The notes below the pieces were generated by a model. The model saw only the letters and a list, made by a program, of their open reading frames with translations. It did no database searches and was not told the origin of the DNA. Source: Klebsiella pneumoniae (GTDB lineage Bacteria > Pseudomonadota > Gammaproteobacteria > Ga0077536). Taken from it: 64,000 nucleotides of DNA. This document shows, piece after piece, positions 27,746 through 37,512 of the stretch. The position numbers and the translations under genes were made by a program. Position 1 is the stretch's first letter. Every line of letters begins with the position of its first letter. Where the stretch lies: contig CAMCQE010000002.1 in the NCBI GenBank assembly GCA_945876945.1, positions 2,985-66,984 of the forward strand, written 5' to 3'.

Positions 27746-29366
27746 TGTATTTCTCCCGGAGACGATTCCGGAGTCTGATGGCTGCCAGATTAAGCGACAT
27801 GATAATGACAACGAGCAAAAACGCCGTTGAATACACCAGCGGCCGTGCCGCCTCTACGTTAGGACTTTGGAAGCCAACGTCGTAAATGTGAAAACCGAGG
27901 TGCATGAATTTTCGGTCAAGATGCAGATACGGAAAGTCGCCGTCCAAGGGCAAGGCAGGCGCTAGCTTCACCACGCCCACCATCATGAGCGGCGCCACTT
28001 CACCGGCGGCGCGAGCCACCGCGAGAATGAGCCCGGTCATCATCGCTGGCGTCGCCATCGGGAGCACGGTAAGCCAAAGCGTTTCCGCCTTGGTGGCGCC
28101 GAGCGCCAGACTGCCATCGCGAATTGCGCGCGGGATACGCGCCAAACCTTCCTCTGTCGCCACGATAACCACGGGCACCGTTAACAGGGTAAGCGTTAAG
28201 GAGGACCAGAGCAGGCCAGGCGTGCCAAACGTGGGAGACGGCAGGGAGTCCGAAAAGAACGCCTCGTCGAGCGAGCCCCCGATGAGGTAGACGAAGAAGC
28301 CAAAACCGAACACGCCATAGACCACTGAGGGAACACCGGCGAGATTGTTCACCGCGATGCGGATGGCGCTGGTCATCGGGCCGGGGCGGGCGTATTCGCG
28401 CAAATAAACGGCAGCGATAACGCCCAAGGGCGTCACGAAGACAGACATCATGAGCACCAGCAGCACCGTGCCATAAATCGCCGGGAACACACCGCCTTCA
28501 GTGTTTGCTTCGCGTGGGGCTTCGGTAATGAACTCGTGAACCTTGTCCACGTAATGCGCGGCCTTCTGGAGCGCAGACATGGAATTTGGCGCGAAAATTC
28601 TGACGACTTTCGACAAGGGCACTTCGCGCTGCTGGCCCGAGATGGTTTCAAACAGCAGGGTATCGCGCTCGATATCGGCGTTTAGCGATTTGAGTTTGCC
28701 GGTGAGTTCCTCGTACTGCGCTTCGTAACGCTTTTTCTCAACGGCGAGCGCGGCAACCTCGGCGGTCTCGCCGGCTTTTCGCGCAATTTTCTCGCGCAAG
28801 CGCAGACGTTCCAGAGCGTAGTTGACGCTGCCAATTTCCTTCACCTGAAGATGGTCGACTTGCTCCCGCAGTTCGAGGGCGCGGGTAAGCAGCGGACTCA
28901 TATCTTTTATGTCGACGGGTTTGCCACCCGTTCGCAATTCCCGAATGCGCCCGTAGAGATTGCCCCATTCCCGACGCTCAATCGTGACCACGTCTTCGGG
29001 ATATTCGAGGGTTTTGATTTCGGGTGAGTTGATCCAGACGAAATCCTGACCGTCGAAGTCACGATTGCCGCGTTTGATCAGCAGGCGCTCGACAACCGTC
29101 GCGCCTTCCGGGACCAGCCCGCCTGACTCTTTAACGCGCGAAGCCGCAACGGTTTCGTGGTCCGCGATTTCGCCAAGCAGGACAGCGGGGGTTTTGCCGC
29201 CCACATCGAATTTGGCGATTTGTGCCGGCCAGAAATGATGCAGGCCGTTACCGGCAATCATCAGCAGCAAGCCAAACACCATCACAAGACACAGGCTAAC
29301 CGCCCCGGCAATGAGCCACACCCAAGGCGTTCCACTCACCAGCCATTTATTGAAATTGCTGCGCAT
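27732..29366 (-). CDS. pstA: Phosphate ABC transporter permease PstA, long form with a ~250-aa insertion after TM1
   Basis: ORF 27732..29396, trimmed to [12 protein letters not shown] (29366), 8 nt after the pstC stop. The C-terminal ~260 aa form the permease core (EAP..GAS-type loop: [16 protein letters not shown]). Confidence 0.88.
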   Translation of the reverse strand: MRSNFNKWLVSGTPWVWLIAGAVSLCLVMVFGLLLMIAGNGLHHFWPAQIAKFDVGGKTPAVLLGEIADHETVAASRVKESGGLVPEGATVVERLLIKRGNRDFDGQDFVWINSPEIKTLEYPEDVVTIERREWGNLYGRIRELRTGGKPVDIKDMSPLLTRALELREQVDHLQVKEIGSVNYALERLRLREKIARKAGETAEVAALAVEKKRYEAQYEELTGKLKSLNADIERDTLLFETISGQQREVPLSKVVRIFAPNSMSALQKAAHYVDKVHEFITEAPREANTEGGVFPAIYGTVLLVLMMSVFVTPLGVIAAVYLREYARPGPMTSAIRIAVNNLAGVPSVVYGVFGFGFFVYLIGGSLDEAFFSDSLPSPTFGTPGLLWSSLTLTLLTVPVVIVATEEGLARIPRAIRDGSLALGATKAETLWLTVLPMATPAMMTGLILAVARAAGEVAPLMMVGVVKLAPALPLDGDFPYLHLDRKFMHLGFHIYDVGFQSPNVEAARPLVYSTAFLLVVIIMSLNLAAIRLRNRLREKYNATE

Positions 29367-29373
29367 GGTTTGT

Positions 29374-31632
29374 TTACAGGTTGCTATAGCGCTCACGCAG
29401 CCGCTGCCGCACGAGTTCCGCTATGGTGTTGAAAATGAAGGTGGTCAGGAATAGCACCAGCGCCGCCAGGAACAGCACGCGATAATGCGTACCGTTAACT
29501 TCCGATTCCGGCATTTCGACGGCGATGTTGGCCGACAGCGCGCGGAATCCCTGAAACAGGCTGAAATCCATAATGGGCGTATTGCCCGTCGACATCAGCA
29601 CGATCATGGTTTCACCCACGGCTCGGCCAAGCCCGATCATGATGCCGGAGAAAATACCCGGGCTCGCGGTCAGCAAAATAATTCTGGTGACGGTTTGCCA
29701 AGGCGTAGCGCCCAAGGCGAGAGAGCCTGTCGCCAACTGATTGGGTACCGCGTAGATGGCGTCTTCGCTGATGGTGAAAATGTTGGGAATGACCGCAAAA
29801 CCCATCGCGAGCCCCACCACCAGCGAATTGCGCTGGTCGTAGGTGATGCCGTAATTCTGCGTCAACCAGCGCGGCAGATTGCCGTCAAACCAGAGTTGTT
29901 CCAGCGGCTGGCTGGCCGCCATCGCCAGCCAAATGACCAGACACACCAGAGGCACAACAAGGAGAATTTCGCTGCCAAGCGGAAGTCGCTGACGCAGGGT
30001 TCGCGGCGTGAGGCTCCAGAGCCAGGACGCCACCACTACCGCAAGCGGCATGATGAAAAATGTGGCCAAGACACCGAACAGATGCGATTCGATTAGCGGC
30101 GAGAGCCATAAGCCGGCCAGAAAGCCGATAATCACTGTGGGCAGCGCGGCCATGATTTCGATCGACGGTTTGACGACCGCGCGCAGCTTTGGGTTCATGA
30201 AGAACGCGGTGTAGACGGCCCCCGCAATCGCCAGCGGAATTGCGAACAGCAACGCGTAGAAAGCTGCTTTCACGGTACCGAAAACCAGCGGGGTCAAGCT
30301 AAATTTAGGCTCGAAGTCGTTGCTTGCCGATGAGGACTGCCAGAGGTATTCGGGCTGTTCGCGCCCTTCGTACCAGACCTTTTCCCACAAGGCATGCCAA
30401 GACACCTCAGGATGGTGATTATTGGCGTTCCAGCGATTAACGGCGCCGGAGGCATCGAGGGCAACCAGACCTTCGGCACGCGGGGAGAGCGCGAGCTTAG
30501 TCGCTTGCTTGAGGTCGGTGGGCAGTTCCGCGAGCGTTCGCTCGGCGGTGGTGTGGAAGAGTCCGACATGACCTTCGGTATCGATTGCCGCGAAGACTTT
30601 CCGAAAGTACTCCGGCTCAATGCGGGCAATCGGCGCCTTCAGTGCGGTGAACTCCCGAATGCGTGAGAGGCGCATTTTGTTGTTGCTGTCGCGCACCGGA
30701 AACCACTGGGTGACTCGGCCCGTGCTGTCGCCCACCAGAAGTGAACTACCGCCGGCGAGCAGCCGGGCATCGGTGACCGTGACGCCGTCGGGAACGACCT
30801 TCAATGTTTCAACATGACGGGGGCTGCTCGCATCCCGGATATCAAAAAACTCGACCTGGCCGCCTGACGACACCGCGAAAAGGCGCCGTTGGTCGTCGTC
30901 CATCAACAGGTGCGAGACCTTTTCGGTGGTCTCGCGCTTAAGCAGTGTGAGGGTAGTCTCCAGCGAGACGCTGTCCGCGTCGAGCGCAAGCCCCTCGCCA
31001 GGCGCGACGTGCGCAAGCACCATCTGACCCTGTTCGTTCACGGCTGCGATGGTGGTGATATTGCCGTTACCTGCCGCAGTCGCGGCCGCTGGCGTGCTGC
31101 CATCTTCGAAAACGGTGATTAAGTCCTCGCCCGCCGGATATTCAAGCGCGGGGTCTACCCCTCGCACGTTGTTGCGGAACGTTGACCGATAAACGGGCTT
31201 CACCACCTTGAACAGGCCGTCGGTCGTCGCGAAGCCCACCACGCCGTGCTTGTTGTAGCCGGACAAGCCGGTTACGAGGGTGGAACCTGGGGGCAGGAGT
31301 GTGCCATGACCGCGATCTTTGCCGTCGGCGGCGTCGAGAAAGCGATAAGTGCCGTCACCGTTGACCACAAACATGAGGTCGGCGTTTTCCTCGAGCGAGA
31401 GATGAACGACATTTGGGCCCAGAGACTGAGGGGCGCTTATCGGCGTGAGTTTTGCGGGCAAGAACAGCGGAAAAACCACCCACACCAGATAGAGGAAAAT
31501 GGTCAGCAGGGCGGCAATTACGGTGATGCCGCCGACCGCCATGGTCCATCCAAAAAGGCGATCTTTGAGCATCCGGGTCCGGCGAATCGCGAGACCCGAG
31601 GAGGCAACTTCTGACAGTGTGACGTCGTTCAC
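29374..31632 (-). CDS. pstC: Phosphate ABC transporter permease PstC, long form with a ~400-aa periplasmic beta-propeller-like N-terminal domain
   Basis: 752 aa. TM1, then seven recurring blade-like motifs, then the permease core (SLALGATPWQTVTRIIL). Confidence 0.88.
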   Translation of the reverse strand: MNDVTLSEVASSGLAIRRTRMLKDRLFGWTMAVGGITVIAALLTIFLYLVWVVFPLFLPAKLTPISAPQSLGPNVVHLSLEENADLMFVVNGDGTYRFLDAADGKDRGHGTLLPPGSTLVTGLSGYNKHGVVGFATTDGLFKVVKPVYRSTFRNNVRGVDPALEYPAGEDLITVFEDGSTPAAATAAGNGNITTIAAVNEQGQMVLAHVAPGEGLALDADSVSLETTLTLLKRETTEKVSHLLMDDDQRRLFAVSSGGQVEFFDIRDASSPRHVETLKVVPDGVTVTDARLLAGGSSLLVGDSTGRVTQWFPVRDSNNKMRLSRIREFTALKAPIARIEPEYFRKVFAAIDTEGHVGLFHTTAERTLAELPTDLKQATKLALSPRAEGLVALDASGAVNRWNANNHHPEVSWHALWEKVWYEGREQPEYLWQSSSASNDFEPKFSLTPLVFGTVKAAFYALLFAIPLAIAGAVYTAFFMNPKLRAVVKPSIEIMAALPTVIIGFLAGLWLSPLIESHLFGVLATFFIMPLAVVVASWLWSLTPRTLRQRLPLGSEILLVVPLVCLVIWLAMAASQPLEQLWFDGNLPRWLTQNYGITYDQRNSLVVGLAMGFAVIPNIFTISEDAIYAVPNQLATGSLALGATPWQTVTRIILLTASPGIFSGIMIGLGRAVGETMIVLMSTGNTPIMDFSLFQGFRALSANIAVEMPESEVNGTHYRVLFLAALVLFLTTFIFNTIAELVRQRLRERYSNL

Positions 31633-31644
31633 AATAGTCCCTGC

Positions 31645-31682
31645 AAGAAAATAATGGGCACCGCCTGAACGCAGGCAGTGCC
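31645..31682 (-). terminator. Intercistronic hairpin plus U-rich tract between pstS and pstC (partial terminator / mRNA stabiliser)
   Basis: - strand: GGCACUGCCUG-cguu-CAGGCGGUGCC (one G-U pair), followed by CAUUAUUUUCUU. Confidence 0.5.
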
Positions 31683-31709
31683 GATGTAGCGACTCTGGAC
31701 GGGTTTTCT

Positions 31710-32690
31710 TCAGTTACCCAGCAAGCCCAGCACTTTGGTCACTATTTTTGCCGGAAGCGGAATGTATCCGTCCTTCACCACGGTGACCTGCCCGGTGCGG
31801 GACAGCACCATCTTGATAAACTCGGCTTCCAGCGGGGCGAGGGGCTCGTTGGGATGCTTGTTCACATACACGTACAGAAAGCGCGACAAAGGGTATTTGC
31901 CGGACAGCGCTGTCGCCGGAGAAACCTCGATGAACTCCCCGCCCGGCTTTTTCGCCACCGGCACCATGCGCACGCCGGAAGTTTTATAGCCTTCTCCCGA
32001 AAAGCCGATGGCGTTGATGGACTTCGTCACGCCTTGTACTACAGAGGCCGAACCCGGCTGCTCGTTGACCGTGTTCTTGTAGTCGCCCTTGCACAGTGCG
32101 GCTTCCTTGAAATAGCCGTAAGTGCCAGACACAGAGTTGCGACCGAATAGCTGAATGGACTGCGACGCCAATTCGCCCGTCATGCCTAAATCGCCCCAGG
32201 TCTTGATGTCCTTATCGAAACCGCAATTCCGCGTGGCGGAGAAGACGGCGTCGATCTGGGGAACGGTGATGCCGACGAGCGAGTTGTCTTTATGGACAAA
32301 AATGGCGAGCGCATCGACCGCGACGGGGATTGCGGTGGGTTTATAGCCATGACGACCTTCGAAGGCTTCTACCTCTTCGCTTTTCATCATGCGACTCATC
32401 GGGCCGAGGGTGGCGGTGCCTTCGGTGAGGGCTGGCGGAGCGGTACTGGAACCGGCCGCCTGAATCTGAATGGTGACGTTGGGATAAAGCTTTTTGAACT
32501 CTTCGCCCCACAGCGTCATGAGGTTAGCGAGCGTATCGGAGCCGACACTGGACAGGCTCCCGGAGATACCGCTGGCTTTCGTGTACTCACCGATAGCTTT
32601 ATCCACGGCGTCGTCAGGCGTTTCCGCGGCCGCACCACAGCCGAAGGCCAACCCGACCAACAGGGCGGAAACTCGAAAATGTTGTTTCAA
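31710..32690 (-). CDS. pstS: Periplasmic phosphate-binding protein
   Basis: ORF 31710..32747. I prefer the TTG at 32690 (GGAGAG SD 5 nt upstream), giving the signal peptide (M)[21 protein letters not shown]. Motifs GSDTLANLM and SGTYGYF. Confidence 0.9.
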   Translation of the reverse strand: MKQHFRVSALLVGLAFGCGAAAETPDDAVDKAIGEYTKASGISGSLSSVGSDTLANLMTLWGEEFKKLYPNVTIQIQAAGSSTAPPALTEGTATLGPMSRMMKSEEVEAFEGRHGYKPTAIPVAVDALAIFVHKDNSLVGITVPQIDAVFSATRNCGFDKDIKTWGDLGMTGELASQSIQLFGRNSVSGTYGYFKEAALCKGDYKNTVNEQPGSASVVQGVTKSINAIGFSGEGYKTSGVRMVPVAKKPGGEFIEVSPATALSGKYPLSRFLYVYVNKHPNEPLAPLEAEFIKMVLSRTGQVTVVKDGYIPLPAKIVTKVLGLLGN

Positions 32691-32736
32691 AGGATCTCTC
32701 CTGATGAGGGATGGGGCAACTGACGCCGGGGAGAAT

Positions 32737-32754
32737 ATAACCGGCATATGACAA
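32737..32754 (-). promoter_or_regulatory. Candidate Pho box upstream of pstS
   Basis: - strand TTGTCAT-ATGC-CGGTTAT matches the consensus CTGTCAT-N4-CTGTCAT at 6/7 and 5/7. It lies ~45 nt before the TTG start. No convincing -10 element was found. Confidence 0.35.
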
Positions 32755-32759
32755 AAAGC

Positions 32760-33599
32760 TTATTTCAACGCAGCGATGTAAGCGATCCAGCCAGCATCAG
32801 CGTCGGCGGTCTCGGCAGGGGCAAATTGACCGTTCGGTTCCCCGGTTTTTTCGTCCCAGCCTTGCCAGTAGATGATCGACTTGCTGAACCCCGCTTCGGC
32901 GAGCAATTCGCGCAATTCCGGCAGGGTCCATAAGCGCCATTCGTAGCTGAAAGCCTCGGGCAGTTTCGAGCCGTCGCGAAAGGTGAAATGGATATGGCAG
33001 TTCATTAGACCCGATATTGGATTGTAGCTGGCTTGATGCCACACATAGTTATGGGTTCTGTACTGGCGGCGCTCGCGCAAGACGCGGAAGGCGTCATAAC
33101 CGCCATAGCAATCCAGAATGAAGAGCCCATCCCGCTTTAGATTGCGATGAACCGCCGCAAAGTATTCCCGGAGGAGCAGCCTGGTCTTGAACAGCCAGTA
33201 GCTGAAGTTCATGGCCAGTACCACATCAACCGAACGGCCTCGGGTGGTGAGTACATCGCCCTCGATGAGCCGAACCCGGCTGGCCTGAGCGTTTTCTAGT
33301 GTGAGCAGCTTGTGCTCTCGGGACCAGGCCAGCACAGAGGCGTCAAGGTCAACGCCAACCGCCGTATTGTCCGGACGGCGACGGACCCACTCGCAGCACA
33401 CGTTGGCCGTGCCACAGAAATCCTCGCGAAGGGTTCGCGGGTCGCGGCCCCGAAGGTTCCGAAATGTTTCGTCGACGAAATCAATTTCAGATTCTGCATC
33501 CTGAACGGATTTTTCGTAGAGAATGTGGCGATCGGCACGATCGGCCAGTGTTAATTTTTTGCGCTTGCTGGACGGTTTGGCCATCGCTGTGTTGCTCAT
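32760..33599 (-). CDS. Class I SAM-dependent methyltransferase, substrate unknown
   Basis: 279 aa. REDFCGTANV (motif I variant), AVGVDLD (acidic end of beta2), VDVVLAMNFSYW, LKRDGLFILD. Confidence 0.7.
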   Translation of the reverse strand: MSNTAMAKPSSKRKKLTLADRADRHILYEKSVQDAESEIDFVDETFRNLRGRDPRTLREDFCGTANVCCEWVRRRPDNTAVGVDLDASVLAWSREHKLLTLENAQASRVRLIEGDVLTTRGRSVDVVLAMNFSYWLFKTRLLLREYFAAVHRNLKRDGLFILDCYGGYDAFRVLRERRQYRTHNYVWHQASYNPISGLMNCHIHFTFRDGSKLPEAFSYEWRLWTLPELRELLAEAGFSKSIIYWQGWDEKTGEPNGQFAPAETADADAGWIAYIAALK

Positions 33600-33701
33600 A
33601 ACCCGGACGGATGAGTCTTTACTGACTGTCTACCGCGGGGCATCTTAGCAGAGAGTGCGGCTGGGGCTGCGCCCCGAAACTAGCGGAGAAACGCCATCGC
33701 C

Positions 33702-35789
33702 ATGGACGCCAAAACCCTCGATTTGTCCGACTCGCACCTGTTCATCAACCGCGAATTGTCGCTGCTTGAGTTCAATCGACGAGTCATCGAACAAGCCAAG
33801 GACACCAGCAACCCGCTACTCGAGCGCCTGCGATTCCTCTGTATCGCGAGCAGTAATCTGGACGAATTTTTTGAGATCCGGGTGGCCGGCCTTAAACAGC
33901 AGGTCGCCTACAAGGCGGCACAACTCGGTCCCGATCAACTGAGCGCGGCCGACCAGCTCAAGCGCATCGGCGACATCGCCCACTTGCTGGTATCGGAGCA
34001 GTATCGGGTCCTCAACGAGATTCTGTTGCCCGCGCTGGATGGGGAGGGCATCAGCTTCCCCAAACGCACCGAGTGGACGGTCCGTCAGGCGCGCTGGGTG
34101 AAGCGGCATTTCTACCGCGAATTGATGCCGGTGCTGTCCCCCATCGGACTCGACCCCTCGCATCCGTTTCCGCGCATCCTTAACAAGAGCCTCAACTTCA
34201 TGGTCTCGCTGGAAGGCCGCGATGCCTTCGGGCGCGACAGCGCAATCGCTATCGTGCAGGCGCCCCGCGCGCTTCCCCGCATTATCCAAATCCCTGCTGA
34301 GCTCACCGGCGACCGGCTGGAGTTCGTTTTTCTCTCCTCTATCATCCACGCGCACGTTGACGACCTGTTTCCGGGCATGCGGGTGACTGGCTGCTACCAG
34401 TTCAGGGTCACTCGCAACAGCGACCTCTTTGTTGAAGATGAGGAAGTCGAGGACCTGCTGCGGGCGCTGGAAGGCGAACTCCATCAGCGCCGCTTTGGCG
34501 ACGCGGTTCGTCTCGAGGTCTCGGACGAATGTCCCGTCCAGATGACCCGCTTGCTCCAGCATGAATTTGGGCTCAACGAGGAGGACATTTACCGCTGCAA
34601 AGGGCCGGTGAACCTGCAGCGCATGATGGCCGTTACCGAAATGATCGACCGGCCAGACCTCAAATTTCCCGCCTTCAGCCCCAGTCGCCCACGACGCCTG
34701 CCGCTTGGCGCTGATATGTTCGACGTGATCCGGCGGGGCGATCTGCTGCTGCATCACCCCTTTCAATCCTTTGCTCCGGTCATTGAGTTCATTCGACAGG
34801 CCGCGCTCGACCCGGACGTGCTGGTCATCAAGCAAACGCTCTACCGGACCGGGCCTGATTCACCCATCGTCAAAACACTGGTCGACGCAGCACGTTCGGG
34901 CAAAGAAGTGACCGTGGTCGTTGAACTGAAGGCGAGATTCGACGAAGAGGCCAATATCGAGCTGGCCACCCGTCTCCAGGAGGCTGGCGCGCACGTCGTC
35001 TATGGCGTGGTCGGGTATAAAACCCACGCGAAAATGCTGTTAGTGGTCAGGCGCGAAGGCAAGCAACTGCGGCGCTATGTGCATCTTTCGACCGGCAACT
35101 ACCACCCCAGAACCTCGCGCAGCTACACCGACTTCGGCTTGTTCACCTGCGACGCCGCGCTGGGTACCGACGTCCAGCGCATTTTTCATCAGCTGACGGC
35201 GCCAGGCCGAGCCAGCAAGCTGAAGAAAATCCTGCAGTCGCCGTTCACCCTTCATCCCCGGATGCTGGAGCTCATCAAACGCGAGGCCGACCACGCCGCC
35301 GCCGGGCGGCCGGCCCGCATCATCGCCAAAATGAACGCGCTGATTGAGGTCAACACCATCATCGCGCTGTATGAAGCCTCGCGGGCTGGCGTGAAGATTG
35401 ATCTCATCGTGCGTGGCATCTGCGCGCTACGACCGGGCATTCCGGGCGTCTCTGAAAACATTCGGGTGCGCTCGATCATCGGGCGCTTTCTGGAGCACTC
35501 GCGAGTGTTCTTTTTCCAGAACGAAGACAGCCCGGAGGTCTATCTTTCCAGCGCGGACTGGATGGGGCGGAATTTCTTCAATCGCATCGAAGCCTGCCTG
35601 CCCGTTGAAGACCGGCGGCTACGCGATCGCATCGTCAAAGAGGGGCTGGAAAACTACCTGCAGGACAATAGCCGGGCCTGGCAACTGCAAAGCGACGGCA
35701 GCTATGAACGCGTGAAAGGCAGCGGACGGCATCGCGATGCCCAGCTCCTGCTGCTTGAGCAGCTAGGCGAGCACGAACCGCTTACTTGA
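33702..35789 (+). CDS. ppk: Polyphosphate kinase 1
   Basis: 695 aa. FINRELSLLEFNRRV, two PLD-like HKD modules (VVGYKTHAKMLLVVR and FLEHSRVFFF). Confidence 0.96.
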   Translation: MDAKTLDLSDSHLFINRELSLLEFNRRVIEQAKDTSNPLLERLRFLCIASSNLDEFFEIRVAGLKQQVAYKAAQLGPDQLSAADQLKRIGDIAHLLVSEQYRVLNEILLPALDGEGISFPKRTEWTVRQARWVKRHFYRELMPVLSPIGLDPSHPFPRILNKSLNFMVSLEGRDAFGRDSAIAIVQAPRALPRIIQIPAELTGDRLEFVFLSSIIHAHVDDLFPGMRVTGCYQFRVTRNSDLFVEDEEVEDLLRALEGELHQRRFGDAVRLEVSDECPVQMTRLLQHEFGLNEEDIYRCKGPVNLQRMMAVTEMIDRPDLKFPAFSPSRPRRLPLGADMFDVIRRGDLLLHHPFQSFAPVIEFIRQAALDPDVLVIKQTLYRTGPDSPIVKTLVDAARSGKEVTVVVELKARFDEEANIELATRLQEAGAHVVYGVVGYKTHAKMLLVVRREGKQLRRYVHLSTGNYHPRTSRSYTDFGLFTCDAALGTDVQRIFHQLTAPGRASKLKKILQSPFTLHPRMLELIKREADHAAAGRPARIIAKMNALIEVNTIIALYEASRAGVKIDLIVRGICALRPGIPGVSENIRVRSIIGRFLEHSRVFFFQNEDSPEVYLSSADWMGRNFFNRIEACLPVEDRRLRDRIVKEGLENYLQDNSRAWQLQSDGSYERVKGSGRHRDAQLLLLEQLGEHEPLT

Positions 35790-37275
35790 ACTTGAGCCTG
35801 TAGCCCACGCTGCGGAGGTATTCCGCCTCCTGCTCCAAATCGGCGGTGGTGAGCGCGTGCGCGGCCAACCAACCGCGCGGGAAGCCCAGCCGCAGCGTGG
35901 TGTCCTCCACCTTGAGTGAAACGGCGGGCGGCGCGGCTGCGCCACGCGCCCGATGCAACACCACCGCCAGCCGCAGCACGATGGCCAGCCGCAGCTGGGT
36001 GCGGGGGTCCGGCCCCATACCAAAGTCGGCCAACGGAATTTTCCGTCGATGGGCCCGCACCAGATTCGATAAGCGGTTCTGTTCGCCGCGAGAAAACCCC
36101 GGCATATCGAGGTGATGGAGCAAATACGCGCCGTGTTTCTGGTATTGCGAGTGGGAGACCGTCTGGCCAATCTCGTGCAGCGATGCCGCCCACCGCAGCA
36201 GGTGACGGGTTTCCTCATCGACCGGCACCCATTCGCCGCCGGCCTGCGTCAGTAACTGGGCGCTGGTGGCTACGACTCGCGTGAGCTGGGCCTGATCGAC
36301 CGCAAAACGCTGGGTGAGATTGGCTACAGTCTGCTCGCGCACGTCTTCATCGTGAATACGGCCCATCAGGTCGTAGAGCAAACCTTCGCGCATGGCGGTG
36401 TCGGAAACACGCATGCGCGTGATGCCGAGCTCCTCGAACGCGCCGAGCGCGATGGCGAGACCGCCCGGCAGTACAGGCGCCCGGTCGGCCGAGATGCCAA
36501 GCGCGGTCAGCCGCTCCACATGACCCGCATCGATGAGCGCGGTGCGCAAGCGGAGCATGGCTTCACGCGTAATGCCGTCAGTCGCCCAGCCCTGCGCGGC
36601 AAGCACCCGGTTGATGGCGAGCAAGGTGCCGGAAGCGCCAATCGCCACCTGCCAGCCGGAGCGCCCGATGGCTTCTTCCACTGGCTCAATTTCCTGTCGC
36701 GCTGCAATTTCGGCCGCGCGCATGCGGGAGGCGTCAATCACCCCGTCCCGGAAAAAACTCTGGCTCATGCTCACGCAGCCCATATGCAGGCTTTCCATCA
36801 CCAAAGGCTCAAACCGCCGTCCTACGATGACCTCCGTGCTGCCACCACCGATATCGATGACAAGTCGCAGATCCGCGCTGTCGCCCAAACCGTGGGAAAC
36901 ACCTAAATAGATGAGTCTTGCCTCCTCGTAGCCGGAGACAACGTCGATAGCGTGACCCAGCGCGAGCTCGGCACCGCTCAAGAAACTTTCTGAATTGCGC
37001 GCCATGCGCAGCGCATTGGTGCCGACAGCCCGCACGGCATCAGGCGGCAGGTGGCGTATTCGCTGGCCAAAGCGACTCAGACAACGCAGGGCGCGCTCGC
37101 TGGCCTCGGGTGTCAGCCGGTTTTGGCCGTCGAATCCGGCCCCGAGGCGGACCACTTCGCGCATGCGATCGATCACCCGAAAGCGACCGTCCTGCGGCTG
37201 CGCAACCACCATGTGAAAGCTGTTGGAGCCGAGATCGAGGGCAGCAATGGTGGCGGGATCCTGACGATGAGGCAT
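35782..37275 (-). CDS. ppx: Exopolyphosphatase (Ppx/GppA family)
   Basis: ORF 35782..37464, trimmed to MPHRQDPATIAALDLGSNSFHMVVA (ATG 37275). DIGGGSTE, and an HD-like C-terminal domain. Its stop overlaps the ppk stop region by 8 nt. Confidence 0.92.
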   Translation of the reverse strand: MPHRQDPATIAALDLGSNSFHMVVAQPQDGRFRVIDRMREVVRLGAGFDGQNRLTPEASERALRCLSRFGQRIRHLPPDAVRAVGTNALRMARNSESFLSGAELALGHAIDVVSGYEEARLIYLGVSHGLGDSADLRLVIDIGGGSTEVIVGRRFEPLVMESLHMGCVSMSQSFFRDGVIDASRMRAAEIAARQEIEPVEEAIGRSGWQVAIGASGTLLAINRVLAAQGWATDGITREAMLRLRTALIDAGHVERLTALGISADRAPVLPGGLAIALGAFEELGITRMRVSDTAMREGLLYDLMGRIHDEDVREQTVANLTQRFAVDQAQLTRVVATSAQLLTQAGGEWVPVDEETRHLLRWAASLHEIGQTVSHSQYQKHGAYLLHHLDMPGFSRGEQNRLSNLVRAHRRKIPLADFGMGPDPRTQLRLAIVLRLAVVLHRARGAAAPPAVSLKVEDTTLRLGFPRGWLAAHALTTADLEQEAEYLRSVGYRLKFK

Positions 37276-37512
37276 GAAGGGGACCGCACTCCTGAGGGCT
37301 TGAGTTAGAGGTCTGGCCAGCGAGCCAGCGCTGCGTCGCAGTATAGCGAAGGGATCCCACGAGCGCGCCCGCCGCGGCGCGTTTGCCTGAAGCGTCAAGC
37401 GCTGCCGCAGGTTTTCGGGAGGCGGCGTCGGCGCGGCAAAACATGAATGCACTGCACCACGCAAGATTTACATGCCTATAATGTCGCCCCTTTCGAACCG
37501 GCCACCCCCATC

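Noticed and set aside
37477-37482. Perfect TATAAT upstream of typA as a defined promoter
   Set aside because: No acceptable -35 or extended -10 element is present at 16-18 nt spacing, and no SD follows before the GTG at 37513. It is used only as weak support for the downstream start.
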